Below are positions 1 to 14,533 of a DNA stretch of 64,000 nt, piece after piece. The stretch spans positions 1 through 64,000 of the forward strand of contig JASVEC010000019.1 in the NCBI GenBank assembly GCA_030770535.1, written 5' to 3'. The stretch comes from Batkoa obscura (Eukaryota). The first letter of the stretch is position 1; every line of letters begins with the position of its first letter. The notes under the pieces are model-generated. The model had not been told where the DNA came from. It saw only the letters and a list, made by a program, of their open reading frames with translations, and did no database searches. A program made the position numbers and the translations under genes.

Positions 1-60
1 TAATTGAGGGTAATATAAAAATATATATATAAAATTGCAATAATAAACTTTAATTGCTTT

Positions 61-1385
61 TTAAATGGTAAAATGGGTAACAAGGTCTTCCTTAAACTCA
101 ATCTCAGCTCCCATCTTTTCCAATGCCTGTTCTATATCTTTCCCAATCGGAAACTGAGTTTCTAGCCATTTTAATTTGCTCAATGCTTGTTGAAATTCAT
201 GTTCTGATAAATTGTATTTTTCACTCGGGATATCTTCTACCTTATAATTATAACCATATTCCATATTAGTTTTTTGAATGTGAGAAGTATACTAACGAAT
301 ACTTCTGTAAACACACGTCCATAAGTAGTGGTATGCATTTCAGCTCTACGAATATAAGGAAGGTTGTCAGTCTCTTTATGATCGACGCTAATATTGTTTT
401 GTTGTAAGCTGGGTGGCATTCTGATATTGAATACTTCTGGCGAAAATTTAGAACTTAGGTCTGGGGAGCTTAATTTCAAAATTAAAAATAACAACGATAG
501 CCCTTTCCACAATTTTTTTATTTCGTTTTTTTTTATAGTACTGAATCTTATCATTCCTTCTTCACAGTCAAGCGTTTGGAGCATCCTTACTGCTGTAATA
601 TAATGACCTACTGCTAAATCGAAATCAAATAACGCTATGCAGTTGTAAGTTAAAAAGCCTAAGGCTATGATTGTATCTAACTCTGGAGCTACATAAGCTT
701 GAGTTAATAATTTCCTGGCTTTTTTCATGTTGTTAAAATATAACTCATTATAATTAGGATCTTCTGGATGGATAGTAAATCGGGCTAATATAGAGATAAA
801 AGTATAAGAAAGGATCGATGGATTCTTTTTTCTCACTATTCCGTTGACCCTTTCTTTTGATAACCATAAACTATAGACATCTATCACGCTTAAAAATACT
901 AGAGCCCCCCTCTCAAAAAATCGGCCATAGTTTAAGCTTAGTTTGGTATCCTTTCCTTTATCTATATTGCTTTTATTATAGTTTTTATTCATGTTTGAGA
1001 TGAAATTGAATAGGGAGGTTTCAAAATTACTGATTTGTTGAACTAAATTTTCTTCATTTTCGATTTTCAAACTCTCATTTCTACTTCTTTCAGTTTTTCA
1101 TAAACCCAAGTAAGATAATCTAACCACGATCATAAGAAAATTATTGTTATAACGCTTATTCTTCTACTTACCTTTAAACGGATTAACATCTAACGAATGC
1201 CATGCTTTACTAACTTCAAAATAAATGATGTATTTTCTAATTATTCGCTCAAGCTGATCAATTCGAAATTTGATTTCATCCACTTTACTCCGTATTTTTA
1301 TCCTGTCTCTACTTTGTCTGTTTGCCTTGGTATTTTTATCATTCAAAATCTGCTCAGCTGTTATTGTTTTGAATGTAATATTCAT
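61..1385 (-). CDS. Putative fungal transcription factor (basic N-terminus plus fungal-specific TF-like helical domain)
   Basis: Exon 1 from ATG 1385 with GTAAGT donor near 1171; long exon to ~265; last 67-aa ORF joined via an apparent 1-nt indel in an A-run near 270. Helical domain (TIIALGFL...HYITAVRMLQTL...KKLWKGL) resembles the fungal TF middle-homology region. Confidence 0.55.
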
Positions 1386-2991
1386 TTAAAAAGCATTTTT
1401 TATTTTCTCATTTTTATGCAAAAAATTGATTTTTTTGTTGTGCCATTTTGCCCAAAATTATAATAAAGTTATAAAAAATGGATTGCAACAATATCTTATT
1501 TATATCGAGTTTTAATAATTAAAGAGAAAACCGTCATTAAGTAATAGTATAAAAAGATGATACATAGAATAAATAAATTCAAAAGTAATTAAAACTCACA
1601 ATTTTTTTGTTCTAATTTAAAATATTCAAATCTAAAAAGCTAAATCTTAGCAAATGATGCCATCCATAAAGTAGATAACCAAAATTTTAAAATTTTAATA
1701 CTGTTAAATACTTACAGCTATTGCAACTCTTTTGTGATAATTTAGCCTCCTACTTAAGAAAAAAACTTATGCCAAAATATGGCTAAAATTGGGGATCAGG
1801 TTTTAAAAATTGACTATATAAAAAAGTTAATTAAAGCTATCACCAAAAAAAGTTCCAAAATCTGTAAACAAAAAAAAAGAACAAGTTTATAAATATTTTT
1901 TTAAAATCAAGGCCGTGTCAACTAAGCCATCAATTCTGATGCCAACTTTACTCATATAATTGAGTCTGACTCCTCAAAGAAGGATGCTCAAATACTGTAG
2001 CATGAACAAAAGCATGAGCACCAATTTCTGGTCGCTTATGATCTAAAATATGGTCATTAATTCTATTATTATTTGTGAATAAATGTTTAGATGAATTCCG
2101 ATATATTGCAAAAATGGATTTAGCCTTTATAAACTAAGATAACACACAACTTAATTGTAAAATATAAAAGAAGCCCTAGTTTACCATCTGCGTTAATATC
2201 GTTACTATGAAAAAAGTAGTATAGGCTAATTGATTAAGAGGATGATAAAGCATTTTTCGGTTTGGTTAGCTGTGTGTGACTTTTTAATAAAATTAATAAA
2301 TGTGTACTAATGACTTTAAAATAAGCACAATGAGTGAAATAGTGATTGTTTAATAATAACATATTTAGTAATGACCTACCTTATTTACTGTTTATATATT
2401 TTGAAATTAAGCATTCATAAAAATTAATGAATTAATTAAAAGAGTGAGATGAAATTTCAAATATTTAATTTGAAATTTGAAGTGAATAAAATTAGTTATA
2501 ATTCAAAGCATTTTTTGGCTGTAACATTTAACTTTTTAAGCTGGCATATTTATGCTTGTTTCATTTAGGGAAATTACACAGAATAAAGAGATTTTGTCAA
2601 AATAAGGCTAAGTATATAAGCTGTAGCTTTTATATATTAACTATTCAATATATTAATGTAGCAAATATGTGAACCTCGATTTATACCATAACGATTTAAC
2701 TAATTAGTTCTACTTTCGTAAATTAAAAGCTATAGATAAAATAATAGAGTTAAAATAAAGGAACCTCTTATATTAGCTATAATTAAAATAAGCATAAAAA
2801 AGGTTAAATTTTCTAAAATTTATTTTCAAATGGTGGCACACCTTAAAACAATGCATTAAAAAATCAAATTCATTTAATGATTTTAGATACATTAATGCTT
2901 TAAAAAACAAAGCTAGCTAGTATATAAACTACTAAAATGTCTCAAAATTTATTTCCACATTTTCTACCTTTTTATTTATCTATAAAATATC

Positions 2992-3924
2992 ATGTTAAAT
3001 AAAGTAGGCTTATACGTATGCTTTATTATAATATCTCTTTTAGGAGTTATAGCGAACTCCATCATTCAATTTATCTTATATAATTGTCCAAAGCTAACTT
3101 TAAACTTACGAATAGTATCCTTAAACTCGATAAATGATTTAATAATAAGTATAATGAGTGTTATATTTTATATTTATTTACTTATAGCTGATAAACCGCC
3201 AACTGGTTCTTTAACTCAAATCATCGGCGCTTTTTACACTATTTTTATATTCACTTCAGTCACTTTAGTTGGTTTATTTACTATCGAGAGGTATCTAAAA
3301 GCTTGTTTTAAATATTCTTTGGATATGCTACTTATAAAAATTATAGTTATTCTGATGGCTTCAGTAATAAGTATCTCGAGTGTCACTCTAGCAATTTTAG
3401 GAGAATATCAATTTGATGGTCAAGAATTTTATCATATTAGTGAAGATGGCAGCTTTGGTAGTTTTGTAAAAATGTTGAGTTTAACAGTATACACTGTTGT
3501 TTTATGTATTATTATCTTTTGTTACATCCATATCAGTATTTCAATCAACAAAAAAATTCGCCCAATCTCCTTTTTTGGTATTGCTTCGGCATCATCAATG
3601 ATTAATAATAAGCCAATTTATGTAAAGCAAACAAAATCTGAAGTTTCACTCTCTGTCGTGTATCGTAGCATCATTATATTATTGTTGTATACTTTTTTAC
3701 TTTTGCCCCAAATTATCAACTTTATTTGGACTGCTGTTCCAGATACCGACCCTACTGATTGGCTACAAGAGTTATCATCGATCTTATTAATATTGATTGT
3801 TTTAGTCAATCCTCTACTTACTCTTACTTTACATTCTAACTTATCTGGTCGACTTGTTTCCTATTTTTATGGGTCAAGGTATTCTACTGGTATATGCAAT
3901 CCTCGTTTTACAACTCAATCATAA
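2992..3924 (+). CDS. Class A (rhodopsin-like) 7TM G-protein-coupled receptor
   Basis: 310-aa intronless ORF with 7 hydrophobic segments, TM1 Asn (IANS), TM2 Asp (INDL), TM3 ERY and TM7 NPLL. Confidence 0.8.
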   Translation: MLNKVGLYVCFIIISLLGVIANSIIQFILYNCPKLTLNLRIVSLNSINDLIISIMSVIFYIYLLIADKPPTGSLTQIIGAFYTIFIFTSVTLVGLFTIERYLKACFKYSLDMLLIKIIVILMASVISISSVTLAILGEYQFDGQEFYHISEDGSFGSFVKMLSLTVYTVVLCIIIFCYIHISISINKKIRPISFFGIASASSMINNKPIYVKQTKSEVSLSVVYRSIIILLLYTFLLLPQIINFIWTAVPDTDPTDWLQELSSILLILIVLVNPLLTLTLHSNLSGRLVSYFYGSRYSTGICNPRFTTQS

Positions 3925-3998
3925 TAAATAATTTATTTAATTTAAACTTTTAAAAACAAATAAACATCTTAATCTCAATTTAGTTTCTTGCTTTTTTT

Positions 3999-5150
3999 TT
4001 AATTATCAAATTTATCTTTAAACTCTTTAACATTCAATAGTAGCTTCTCGGCCATCACTATCGAATTTGGGAATACCCCCTCTGGATTTGGATGATCGTT
4101 TAAACTTTCTAAAAAACTTTCAATATAGCCTTGAATCGCATTGGCTCTTTTAACAGCTTCTTTAATAGATAGCTTACCATGGGTAGAGCGAGGCTTAGGT
4201 GGCGGTGAAGGCTGTTTAGATATCAGGGGTGGTGCAGCTATAGTAGAAGGAGGTAGGATAGGTTCAGGAATGATTAAAGACTCTATATCATTAAAAAAAG
4301 AAGGGGATATGGGTTGATTTAAATGTGTTTTCATAGGAGAAAGTAATTTGATTGGGCTTAATGCTGGTTTTATTTCTGCCGTTAATTTTGGTTTGTTATT
4401 ATTCGTTATACCTTTTCTTTTTATATATTGTCGCTTTTGTGGCTTTTTTATAGCTAATAGAGAGTTAGTGTTGATTTACATGATATAAATAAGGTTACGT
4501 TCTGTTGTCTTAAGTTGTGGTTTTTCTATCTTATAATCATTTTCGATTTCTTTGATTTCAGTTATTTGGTTATAGGGTACTTTATTTGTCCTTCGCCCTC
4601 TGAGTGTAGTGAACTTTGGTGGCGAGTTCATTTCTTCATTTTGTTTTATATCGTCTTTACTATCTTTCTTCAAATTTTTTGAAGTTTTAGACTCTGACTT
4701 TCTACTCTTTTTGAATTCCGGAAGCTCAGTATCTGATCCTCCTTTTTTATTTTTGAAAGTGTATGCTTTATCTGGCCTGTATGTTCTATAAAATAGTTAA
4801 TTTGTTATTCATTTTTTAAAACTAAATTCAAACCTTGCTGAAGTTCTTTCATTTACCTGATGACTCTCTGGTGAACAAAACTCGCAATAATAAATTGATG
4901 GCTCATTATTCTCATCAACTCCCATACATCTCATATGTTGCCAAACTAAGCACTCTTCACATTGAATGAATTTTATGTAAGAAGCTAAATTGTCATTAGG
5001 TTTAGATTAGTAAAATCGAAATCAAAAGCATTACCCTTATTTTCACAAACACATCTAACTTGGCCATCTTCGTTCCCTTGGGATGAGTCAGCTAATTGAG
5101 AAAGAGATAAGCATAAATTGAAATTTTTGAAATTGAGAATACATACACAT
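3999..5150 (-). CDS. PHD-finger chromatin protein
   Basis: Spliced from ATG 5150: MSDSSQGNEDGQVRCVCENK/ASYIKFIQCEECLVWQHMRCMG...YYCEFCSPESH, a C4HC3 PHD; four GT-AG introns; Lys- and Pro-rich C-terminal part. Confidence 0.8.
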
Positions 5151-5782
5151 TTTTAGGTAAAAAATCAAAGAACATCTATTGAATTTTTTACTAAATCATT
5201 TTTCTAAAATAATAAGCCATTTCTAATTTGTTGAGAAAAGTTAATTAGAAATTTAAATTTTGAATCCTATTTTTTTGCAGTAATTAGAATCTTTTTGGTT
5301 TTTGCTGCTTTTTATCATTGCTGATTGTGGTGTATAAATTAGTTATTCAACTAAAGTTTATAATACTATAGTTAATTTATAACTTCAGCAATTTTCAATA
5401 AACTTTGTATATTTTGGCGATTAAGTTATGTATCTAAACCAAATAAATTCCCGAAAATTGACATCATGTAATATTACATAGCTATCTTATAAAACTAAGT
5501 GTTTTAGTATATGAATATTTACTTAATAAAAGAAACTAATAGCTTCTCAAGTTGGTACTTTTTTAAAGTATATTATTAATTAAATCGAAGCTAAATATAA
5601 AAAGCGTTTTCACTTGTATTTAAATAAAAAGTATTAAATAATGGCAGGAGTTTTAAAATAAATGCTATTGTTATTATAAAATGATAATAGGTCGCCTACA
5701 AATTATAGCTTTAAATCATTTATTCAAGTATTTTATAGAAATTGCTTAAAGGAAGATAGAGATGAAGATTTATATTGTACGT

Positions 5783-7357
5783 TCAGATCTTAGTGAACTT
5801 GACCTTTAAGTCTTTAGGACTAAATAGGCCTAAAGATGGTAAAATAGGATAGTTATAATGTGGTGAATTCTCGGGTAGAGAGACATTAAATTCGAGCAAC
5901 AAAGCTATCAAAAACACTTTTTGCTCTAATAAAGAAAACTGATTGCCTAAACACATTCTAGCTCCATAACCAAAAGTAAGTAACAAACTGGTCATTTTTT
6001 TGTTGGTTTTGGTTTTGTTATCTTCAGTCATTAAGAAGCGTTCAGGTTCAAATTCTTCTGGATTTTTAAATAAAACTGGGTCCTTCATTGCAAGCCCTAA
6101 GTGTAACATGATTGATTGATTAGTATCCACAACTAAATTACTTTCTAAGGTAACTGGTCGATTTGGTTTGCGGCTAAGTATAGGTACTACTGGTATAGAT
6201 CTCAAAGTTTCATAAATTATGGCATCTAGATAAACAATTCATTTAAAATAGTTTGGTTCAAATTTAGGTCTTTCAACGTGCCCTTTGGTCCCAATACATC
6301 TTTTATTTCTTGTCTCAATTTGTGTTGGATTTCCTACTCTTTAGTTAGTATAATAATTATTGCTAATTAATTTTTATTACTGGATATTTAGCTAAATAGT
6401 ATATAGCTGAAGTTAATGTATGGGCAGTTGTGTCATGTCCAGCGATAAAAAATATGATGGCATTATTCTAAAATGTAAAAAATAAGAAAAGAGTTATCTT
6501 AAAATGAAACCAGTAATTACTATAATTAACTCATCAGTAAGTCCCTCCAATTCATCATCAGAAGATTGTATCATTAATGATAACAGATTGGAACCTTTTT
6601 CATTATCGTTAGATACAGCCAATTTTTTTCTTTCGTCATCAACTAGTCCTTTTATATAGCTACGAAACTTAGCAGTATCACTATATAATTTCATTCTTGA
6701 TGGAAAGGGAAAGTAATTTAAAAAAGGTAACATAAGAAACAAAGGGTTTAAGATTTCATTCATGAGGTTATTATATAAGTGAGCCATCTCATTATCTTGA
6801 TTACTGATAGTATTAAAATCGATATCAAACACAGCTAGCCCTAAGCTATCTAAGGTACCAGCTTTAAAAATTTCCATAACCTCAATTTCTTGGTTGCTAG
6901 CATTCTGGATTTTATCACAAATTTTATTTGCCACAGTTATAAAAATTTCTAAATCCCATCCCCTTTTAAATGCTGGATTAACTACTTTTTTATGTACTTT
7001 CCACTTCTTTTTATCCACTTCAGCAATATTTTCTCTTATTAACCCAAAGTCATTCATCATTTCATTCTGATTAATCTTAACAAAAGTCTCATCATTAAGA
7101 AGTATCTTTTTAATGATATCCATGTCTTTTTACCAATATAAACCATCGACCTAGAAATATACTTATGAATCGGTTTTTGAGAATAAAGGATTAATTAAGA
7201 GTTCGTCTCTCAATTGACCGGAGGTTTGAAGTAATATATGATACAGCATCATTAATGTGCTCACACTTGGTAATTGAGATACATTTTTATTTAGCCGAAG
7301 CTTGAAATAAATGTAGGAAAATGAAAGAATAGTAGATAATAAAATATATAAAATCAT
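5783..7357 (-). CDS. Cytochrome P450, paralog 1
   Basis: N-terminal TM anchor, AGHDTT, ETLR, PERF and FGYGARMCLG; 2 introns. Several 1-nt indels in A-runs (~7175, ~7128, ~6238) relative to paralog 2 are probably assembly errors. Confidence 0.85.
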
Positions 7358-7794
7358 TTTTTGACTTTTTCTTTAGAATTTATAATATTTCTTTTTATAC
7401 TTAAACTTTGATATTGTTTTTTAAAACTATACAGTGTTCATGTTTTAATTTATCTTGAATAGGTTGATAGATAAATTTATTTTTCAAAAATTCGGATGTC
7501 TGTTGCTCCGTTAAGCCAATTATATTACCCCTCAAAATTTTATAGAATTTGAAATGGGACTACTTGAATAATAAAGTGAAAACTGTTTTAGATTTAATAG
7601 TTTATTTAAATCAACATCGAGTTTAATAAAAATACCGCATTATTCTGAAATCAGTATTAATTTATAAGTATGTTGCTAGTATTATTTTTTATAAAAACTA
7701 CATAGCCAACAATATCGGGTCCATTATAAAGAAAGACCTGTGTTTTCCTTTATAGTTAATTCAAAGCTTAAAAAGTATATTATATTGAGTACAT

Positions 7795-7888
7795 GAGGGT
7801 GTTTTTTTCCATCCTTTTTTCTATCTTTTAAGCGTTACCTAAGCGGAAAAATTGTTGGTAAGATTCTTAAACCTAAAAATATATCCCC
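7795..7888 (-). mobile_element. ~97-bp MITE copy
   Basis: Matches the family consensus; flanks acat/atgt. Confidence 0.8.
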
Positions 7889-8536
7889 ATGTTTTAGTTT
7901 ATTTTATTGTAGTATTAAAAGCTATAATATTTGGTAAAATATTGGTAAAAGCAGGAATTTATAAAAAATATATTGTCATGTTTTTTTGAGTTTTATTTAT
8001 TTGTACATTTTCCATACATAAAATCAATAAAATAAGTAAATATTGAAATAGAAAAAGATAACCCCATACAAAAGTATTTATTTATTTATTTATTTAGACC
8101 AAGAATATACCAACGTATTTTTATCTCAGTATTTAATCAAGAAAGTCATTTACTTTATTTACAATGGGCAAGTAGTGAAGCAAAAAACATTTCTACATTG
8201 ATTTTGAAATTTAAACCAAAGTAAATGAAAAAGCATTTTCAATTATAGTCTAGCTTTAAGACGTTCATTTATAGCAATTTTTAAATACTCTTAGCTACTA
8301 AAATAGTAAAAAACAAAAGCTACATTTTAATGAAAACTTTGTCAAAGGGGGACTTTCTGATAAAAAGCTTTGACTACTTTTTTTGAAGGGAATCTGTGCT
8401 CAGTTTTTCCATTAATATGGGCAAGTTTAAAAGCTTGATGAAAATTAACAATGAAATTTTCCATATCACTTCTTTTTTCATTTTCTATGTAGCGTGAATT
8501 TTTGAAATTTTTAATTAATGAATGATAAAAAGCATT

Positions 8537-8632
8537 GGGGATGTATTTTTGTGTTTAAGAATTTTACTAACAAGTTTTCCACTCAAATAGCGCTTAAAGA
8601 TAGAAAAAGTGATGCAGCCAAAAAACATCCTC
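8537..8632 (+). mobile_element. ~97-bp MITE copy
   Basis: GGGGATGTATTTTTGTGTTTAAGAATTTTACTAAC...ACATCCTC. Confidence 0.85.
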
Positions 8633-8682
8633 ATTATTGTGAATAATTAAAAATTAGGCAAAAAAGCAACTGATTTCATAAA

Positions 8683-8780
8683 GGGAGTGTTTTTTTCGGC
8701 TTTATTATTTTTTCCATTTTTAAGCACTATTCGAGTGGAAAACTTGTTAGTAAAATTCTTAAACAAAAAAATATATCCCC
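8683..8780 (-). mobile_element. ~97-bp MITE copy
   Basis: Consensus match, inverted relative to the 8537 copy. Confidence 0.85.
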
Positions 8781-9586
8781 ACATCTCGTATTTGATTCAC
8801 AATTTTTGTTGAAAATCTAAATTAGACAAAAATTGAACTAAACTTTTAAACTTATATACATATATATATGACAACAAATATTTTATAATAGATTTAGATA
8901 AATGCACAATATTATTATTAAAGCTATTATTAAATATCTGTACTTATGGGTTTATTAATAACATTATTACTACTGATGTTTACCTATTATTATTTTAATT
9001 ATAGTCTTTTTTAAATTAGTTTTTTTACTTTTTAGTTATTACTTATTACTTAATTTTAATTTATATTTAAAGAGCAATTTCAAAACCAATGTTATTAAAA
9101 CTAAGAATAAAAAATATATAAATCTTATTTTTTTTTAACAAAGCAGAAAAATTAAAGTATTTTTTTTATAACATTTTAATTTTTTAAATTAAAATTTTGA
9201 TGTTGAATTTTTTTTAATATAAAATAATATTTTTAAGAACTAAAGATAAGATATTTAAATTAAAGCTAATTTATTTAGTTTTAATTATAACTACAAAGCT
9301 AACTATCAGCTATTTTAAACGGTATCAATTTAATAATTTAAATTAATTTACAAATAAAGTATATTCTATTTGATAAATTCTACAAATTAAATTATTTAAA
9401 AAATCATTTTGATGTTTTGTTTAAATACAAGTTTTATATTTTTAAAAGTATTACGCTATAATTTTACTAAAATTAAAAAACTTTATTCAAGTTGATTCTA
9501 TTTGGGATTTTCTACTATTAAATTATTTAAAAAAAACATCATCCCATATCTAAATTGAATTTATCTTATTCAAAAATTGAACATTT

Positions 9587-9682
9587 GAGAGTGTTTTTTG
9601 ACTTCATTACTTTCTCCATTTTTAAGCATCATTTGAGTGGAAAATTTGTTAGTAAAATCCTTAAACACAAAAATACATCCCT
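9587..9682 (-). mobile_element. ~97-bp MITE copy
   Basis: Consensus match; sister of the 9900 copy. Confidence 0.85.
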
Positions 9683-9899
9683 AAATAGTTTATTAAATAA
9701 TAAAAATCAATTATTAAATGTAGATATCACCTAAGTTATTAACAGTTAAATTAATGAACAACTAGAAACAAACAATCATAATAAAAAATAAAACTTATTA
9801 TTATATTACTTATATTATAAAAGTAGTTAATTATAGCTTTGAAGCCAATTACTACTTTTTATGCAGTTATTTATTAACTTAATAATAAATTAATAATAC

Positions 9900-9996
9900 G
9901 GAAATGTATTTTTGTGTTTAAGGATTTTACTAACAAATTTTCCGCTCAAATGATGCTTAAAAATGGAAAAAGTAATGAAGTCAAAAAAACACTCCT
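9900..9996 (+). mobile_element. ~97-bp MITE copy
   Basis: Consensus match; shares CTCAAATGATGC with the 9587 copy. Confidence 0.85.
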
Positions 9997-10665
9997 ATAT
10001 AACTATAATATTAAAATCATTTATCTATTCAATAGTATATCTGCAATATTGGCTATAAAGCAGTCAACAACAAATATTTTTAATAAAGTTTTGTAAAAAT
10101 ATGGCTTTATCTACATAGCGTTGATTAGTATTGATACATAGTTTATATTATTAAAAACCTTTCTAATCCGGAGATTTATATTAAATCTAATAGAAATTCT
10201 GTTAACTTACAATATAAATTGTAACAGAATGATTTAAAATTATGTCAGGTATTTTTTTGCTTTGAATAAAAAATTTATAAAATTTTAAGCAAAGTTTCTC
10301 AACTTTAAAATATTCAAAAATTGAACAAGATAAACATAATTTAGATATCCACATATGTAATATCAGATAATCAAATGAATAAATAAACTAAAATAAAGCA
10401 AGAATAATAAATAGACATATTTACCGATATAGTCAATATTAAGAAAATCCACTTATAACTAAAATTTTGATCTTGATTATTTAGTGACTTTATTTCTTTC
10501 ATTATAAATCAGAAAAGGGTTTATATATACGGTTCAAAGATGTCAATGTAGTTTATAGTTTAAGTATTTGAAAATGAGATTTGATATTTTGGTTTTTGTT
10601 TGATAAAATTCCTACAATACTATAGTAGTTGAAAAATGAGTAACACATCAAAATTAAATATATAT

Positions 10666-10759
10666 GGGGATGTATTTTTTATCTGAGTTTTATTAGTAAT
10701 ATTCTACTCAAATAGCGTTTGAAAAAAGGAAAAAGTGATGAAACTAAAAAAACACACCC
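10666..10759 (+). mobile_element. ~97-bp MITE copy
   Basis: ATAT TSD on both sides. Confidence 0.85.
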
Positions 10760-11280
10760 ATATTCTTCTGTCCTACATGTATATTTACCTCTTTTTATGA
10801 ATAAAATTCCAATGCTTTATATCTTTAATAAGAAATAGTTATATCGTTAAAAAAATAACACATTAGTTAATTTTAATGTAAAATGTAATTTGTATTCTAT
10901 TTATAGGAATAATTCAATAAGTAAAAAAGGTTTAAAGTTTCGTAACATTTTAAAAAAAATACAGTTATTATTTCAACTGATATCAAGAAAAGATTAGTAT
11001 AGTTAGACAACTTAAATACTAGTTAAATATTTCAAATAAAATATATGAAAATCAATGATGTAGAATTTAGTATTTTAAAACAAAATTAATTAATGTTTAA
11101 GGTAAATTTTTTTTATCTACTATACAAATTAAGTTAATAATAAAAATATTAATAGTATCGTTGTTGTTGGTAATGTATTAAAATACTCTATAGTTGCCAA
11201 GATTTAAGGGTTGTAAAAGATACAGTAAAATTAATAAGTTGTATATATTTATATAGCATATGATAAATAATAAAGCAACG

Positions 11281-11332
11281 AAATAATAAAACAATAAAAT
11301 AATAAAATAATAAAATAATAAAATAATAAAAT
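11281..11332. repeat. (AATAAAAT)n microsatellite
   Basis: About 6 tandem 8-mers visible. Confidence 0.8.
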
Positions 11333-11942
11333 GAGGCGGTGATAACAAAGGTAAAGATTAAAATAGAATACTATAACATTCATTACCTTAAGTATCTATA
11401 CTCTACCACTTTCTATAAAGAACTTAATTTACTTTTAATACTCCCATCTAAATATATCAATTATTGAATAATCCCTTACCAGAATATTCATATTTTTAAT
11501 TTAAAATGTTTTAATACTAAATAATAAGTGGTTGATTATCGAATTCATTTATGCAAAAAATAAAAGCAGTAACTTGACATGAGATAAATTGAATTAAAGT
11601 ATTTACCCAGTATTTGGCAGAAAAGAGAAATGGGATGAGCTGATAGTTGCTAGTAAAAGTTACTAATTATAGAATTCTTTTTGAGAAATAAAAGGAATTT
11701 ATTCATAATTAACGGATATAAAGCCAAGGAAAAAAATTAAAAAATTAAATAGTCACAATAAGATATTATCAACTTTCAGTTCAAATTGGAGAAGAAGGTG
11801 GAGATTTTTTTATTGTAAAAAATAATGATGAGATAATTAAAATAGTATAAATAGACAATGAAATCTTCCACTGGATTATAATATTTAATTTGTTTATATA
11901 AATTAATTTTATAAAAAATTATTAACACATCAATAATACAAA

Positions 11943-12674
11943 ATGAATTTCACTCTCCTTTTACTTATCAGCTGGCTGTCATTAATAAAAGGACATAGTA
12001 ATATGCAATACCCCACTCCTCGAGGTAATAAAGAATTTTATGGCTATTGTTCGCGTGGGTGGGGTTGTAAGACCGCTTGTGATTCGATGAAATCCGATTC
12101 TCCATACAACCAACCTTATACTCAAAAAAAGATTGTTCGTCGTGGAGAAAAGCTTACAGTATCTTGGTTAAGACAAAATCATCCTGGAGGTTTTGTACGA
12201 TTAGCTATTGTTCCAATGGCCAATAGTGATGATTTAACTGCTTTTGATAATAATATTGTAAAATATGTATGTTATGAAACCAATTGTAAAGAAAGTAGCC
12301 ATGATCCAATGTTAGGTGATCTAAATGGACCTGGTTCAACTCAATGCACTACCGATCTTATTATACCTAATAATTTACCTGATGGTCCAATTACTTTACA
12401 ATGGACTTGGTTTGGAGGAGGTGTTTTATATGCTGATAAAGAAGCTGCTTTTGCCAATTATGTTTCTTGTTCCGATATGTTATTACAAGGTGGTCAACCT
12501 TATTCTTATGCTCCAGTAAAGGCTATCTTTCAAGGTGGTGATGTTGCTAATCCTCATTCAAATCAATGTCGTTATTGGTCAAGTAATCACGTTAATAATT
12601 GTCCAGATGGTGCCGAAGATAAAGACAATTGTGGTTATGGACCAGCAAAAAATGGTACGCCTGGCGGGTATTAA
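11943..12674 (+). CDS. Secreted lytic polysaccharide monooxygenase-like protein
   Basis: Signal peptide ...SLIKG followed by His (HSNMQYPTPRG), second His in NHPGG, and TLQWTW...YVSCSD, as in AA11/AA15-like LPMO folds; Cys-rich. Confidence 0.75.
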   Translation: MNFTLLLLISWLSLIKGHSNMQYPTPRGNKEFYGYCSRGWGCKTACDSMKSDSPYNQPYTQKKIVRRGEKLTVSWLRQNHPGGFVRLAIVPMANSDDLTAFDNNIVKYVCYETNCKESSHDPMLGDLNGPGSTQCTTDLIIPNNLPDGPITLQWTWFGGGVLYADKEAAFANYVSCSDMLLQGGQPYSYAPVKAIFQGGDVANPHSNQCRYWSSNHVNNCPDGAEDKDNCGYGPAKNGTPGGY

Positions 12675-12942
12675 ATTTGTATCAGATCGTTTTTATTAAA
12701 TAAAATAAGTTATTTGTGATTGATAGAAACTGTTGTATAATTATTATATATATTTTTTAGAATTTTGTCATTTATAAAACTTGTTTTTTAAATACCAAAA
12801 AATCGATTTAAAACAAATTACACTACAAGTGACTTCATAGTCTAAAAAAACTAACAAATTAAAATAGAATATACTAAAACTCAACTTAAATAAAAAAATC
12901 TATCCTCATCTACAACAATTTTTTTTTATTAACTCAACACAA

Positions 12943-14408
<1,466 letters not shown>

Positions 14409-14437
14409 GTTATTAAAATTAATTAGGTTTTGTATAT

Positions 14438-14533
14438 GGGGATATTTTTTTGGTTTCATCACTTTTTCTATTTTTTAAGTACTACTTGTGTGAAAAATTA
14501 TTAGTAAAATTATTAAATAAAAAATGCATTTCC
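14438..14533 (-). mobile_element. ~97-bp MITE copy
   Basis: Consensus match 30 bp after the HEM2 stop. Confidence 0.8.

Noticed and set aside
1905..2060. Short coding-like fragment (AINSDANFTHIIESD...), and a similar one at 38040-38230
   Set aside because: Internal stops, no start or splice structure, no recognisable family.
4454..4498. In-frame TAA in the PHD gene as stop readthrough
   Set aside because: It lies inside a 45-nt GT-AG intron with a CTAAC branch point.
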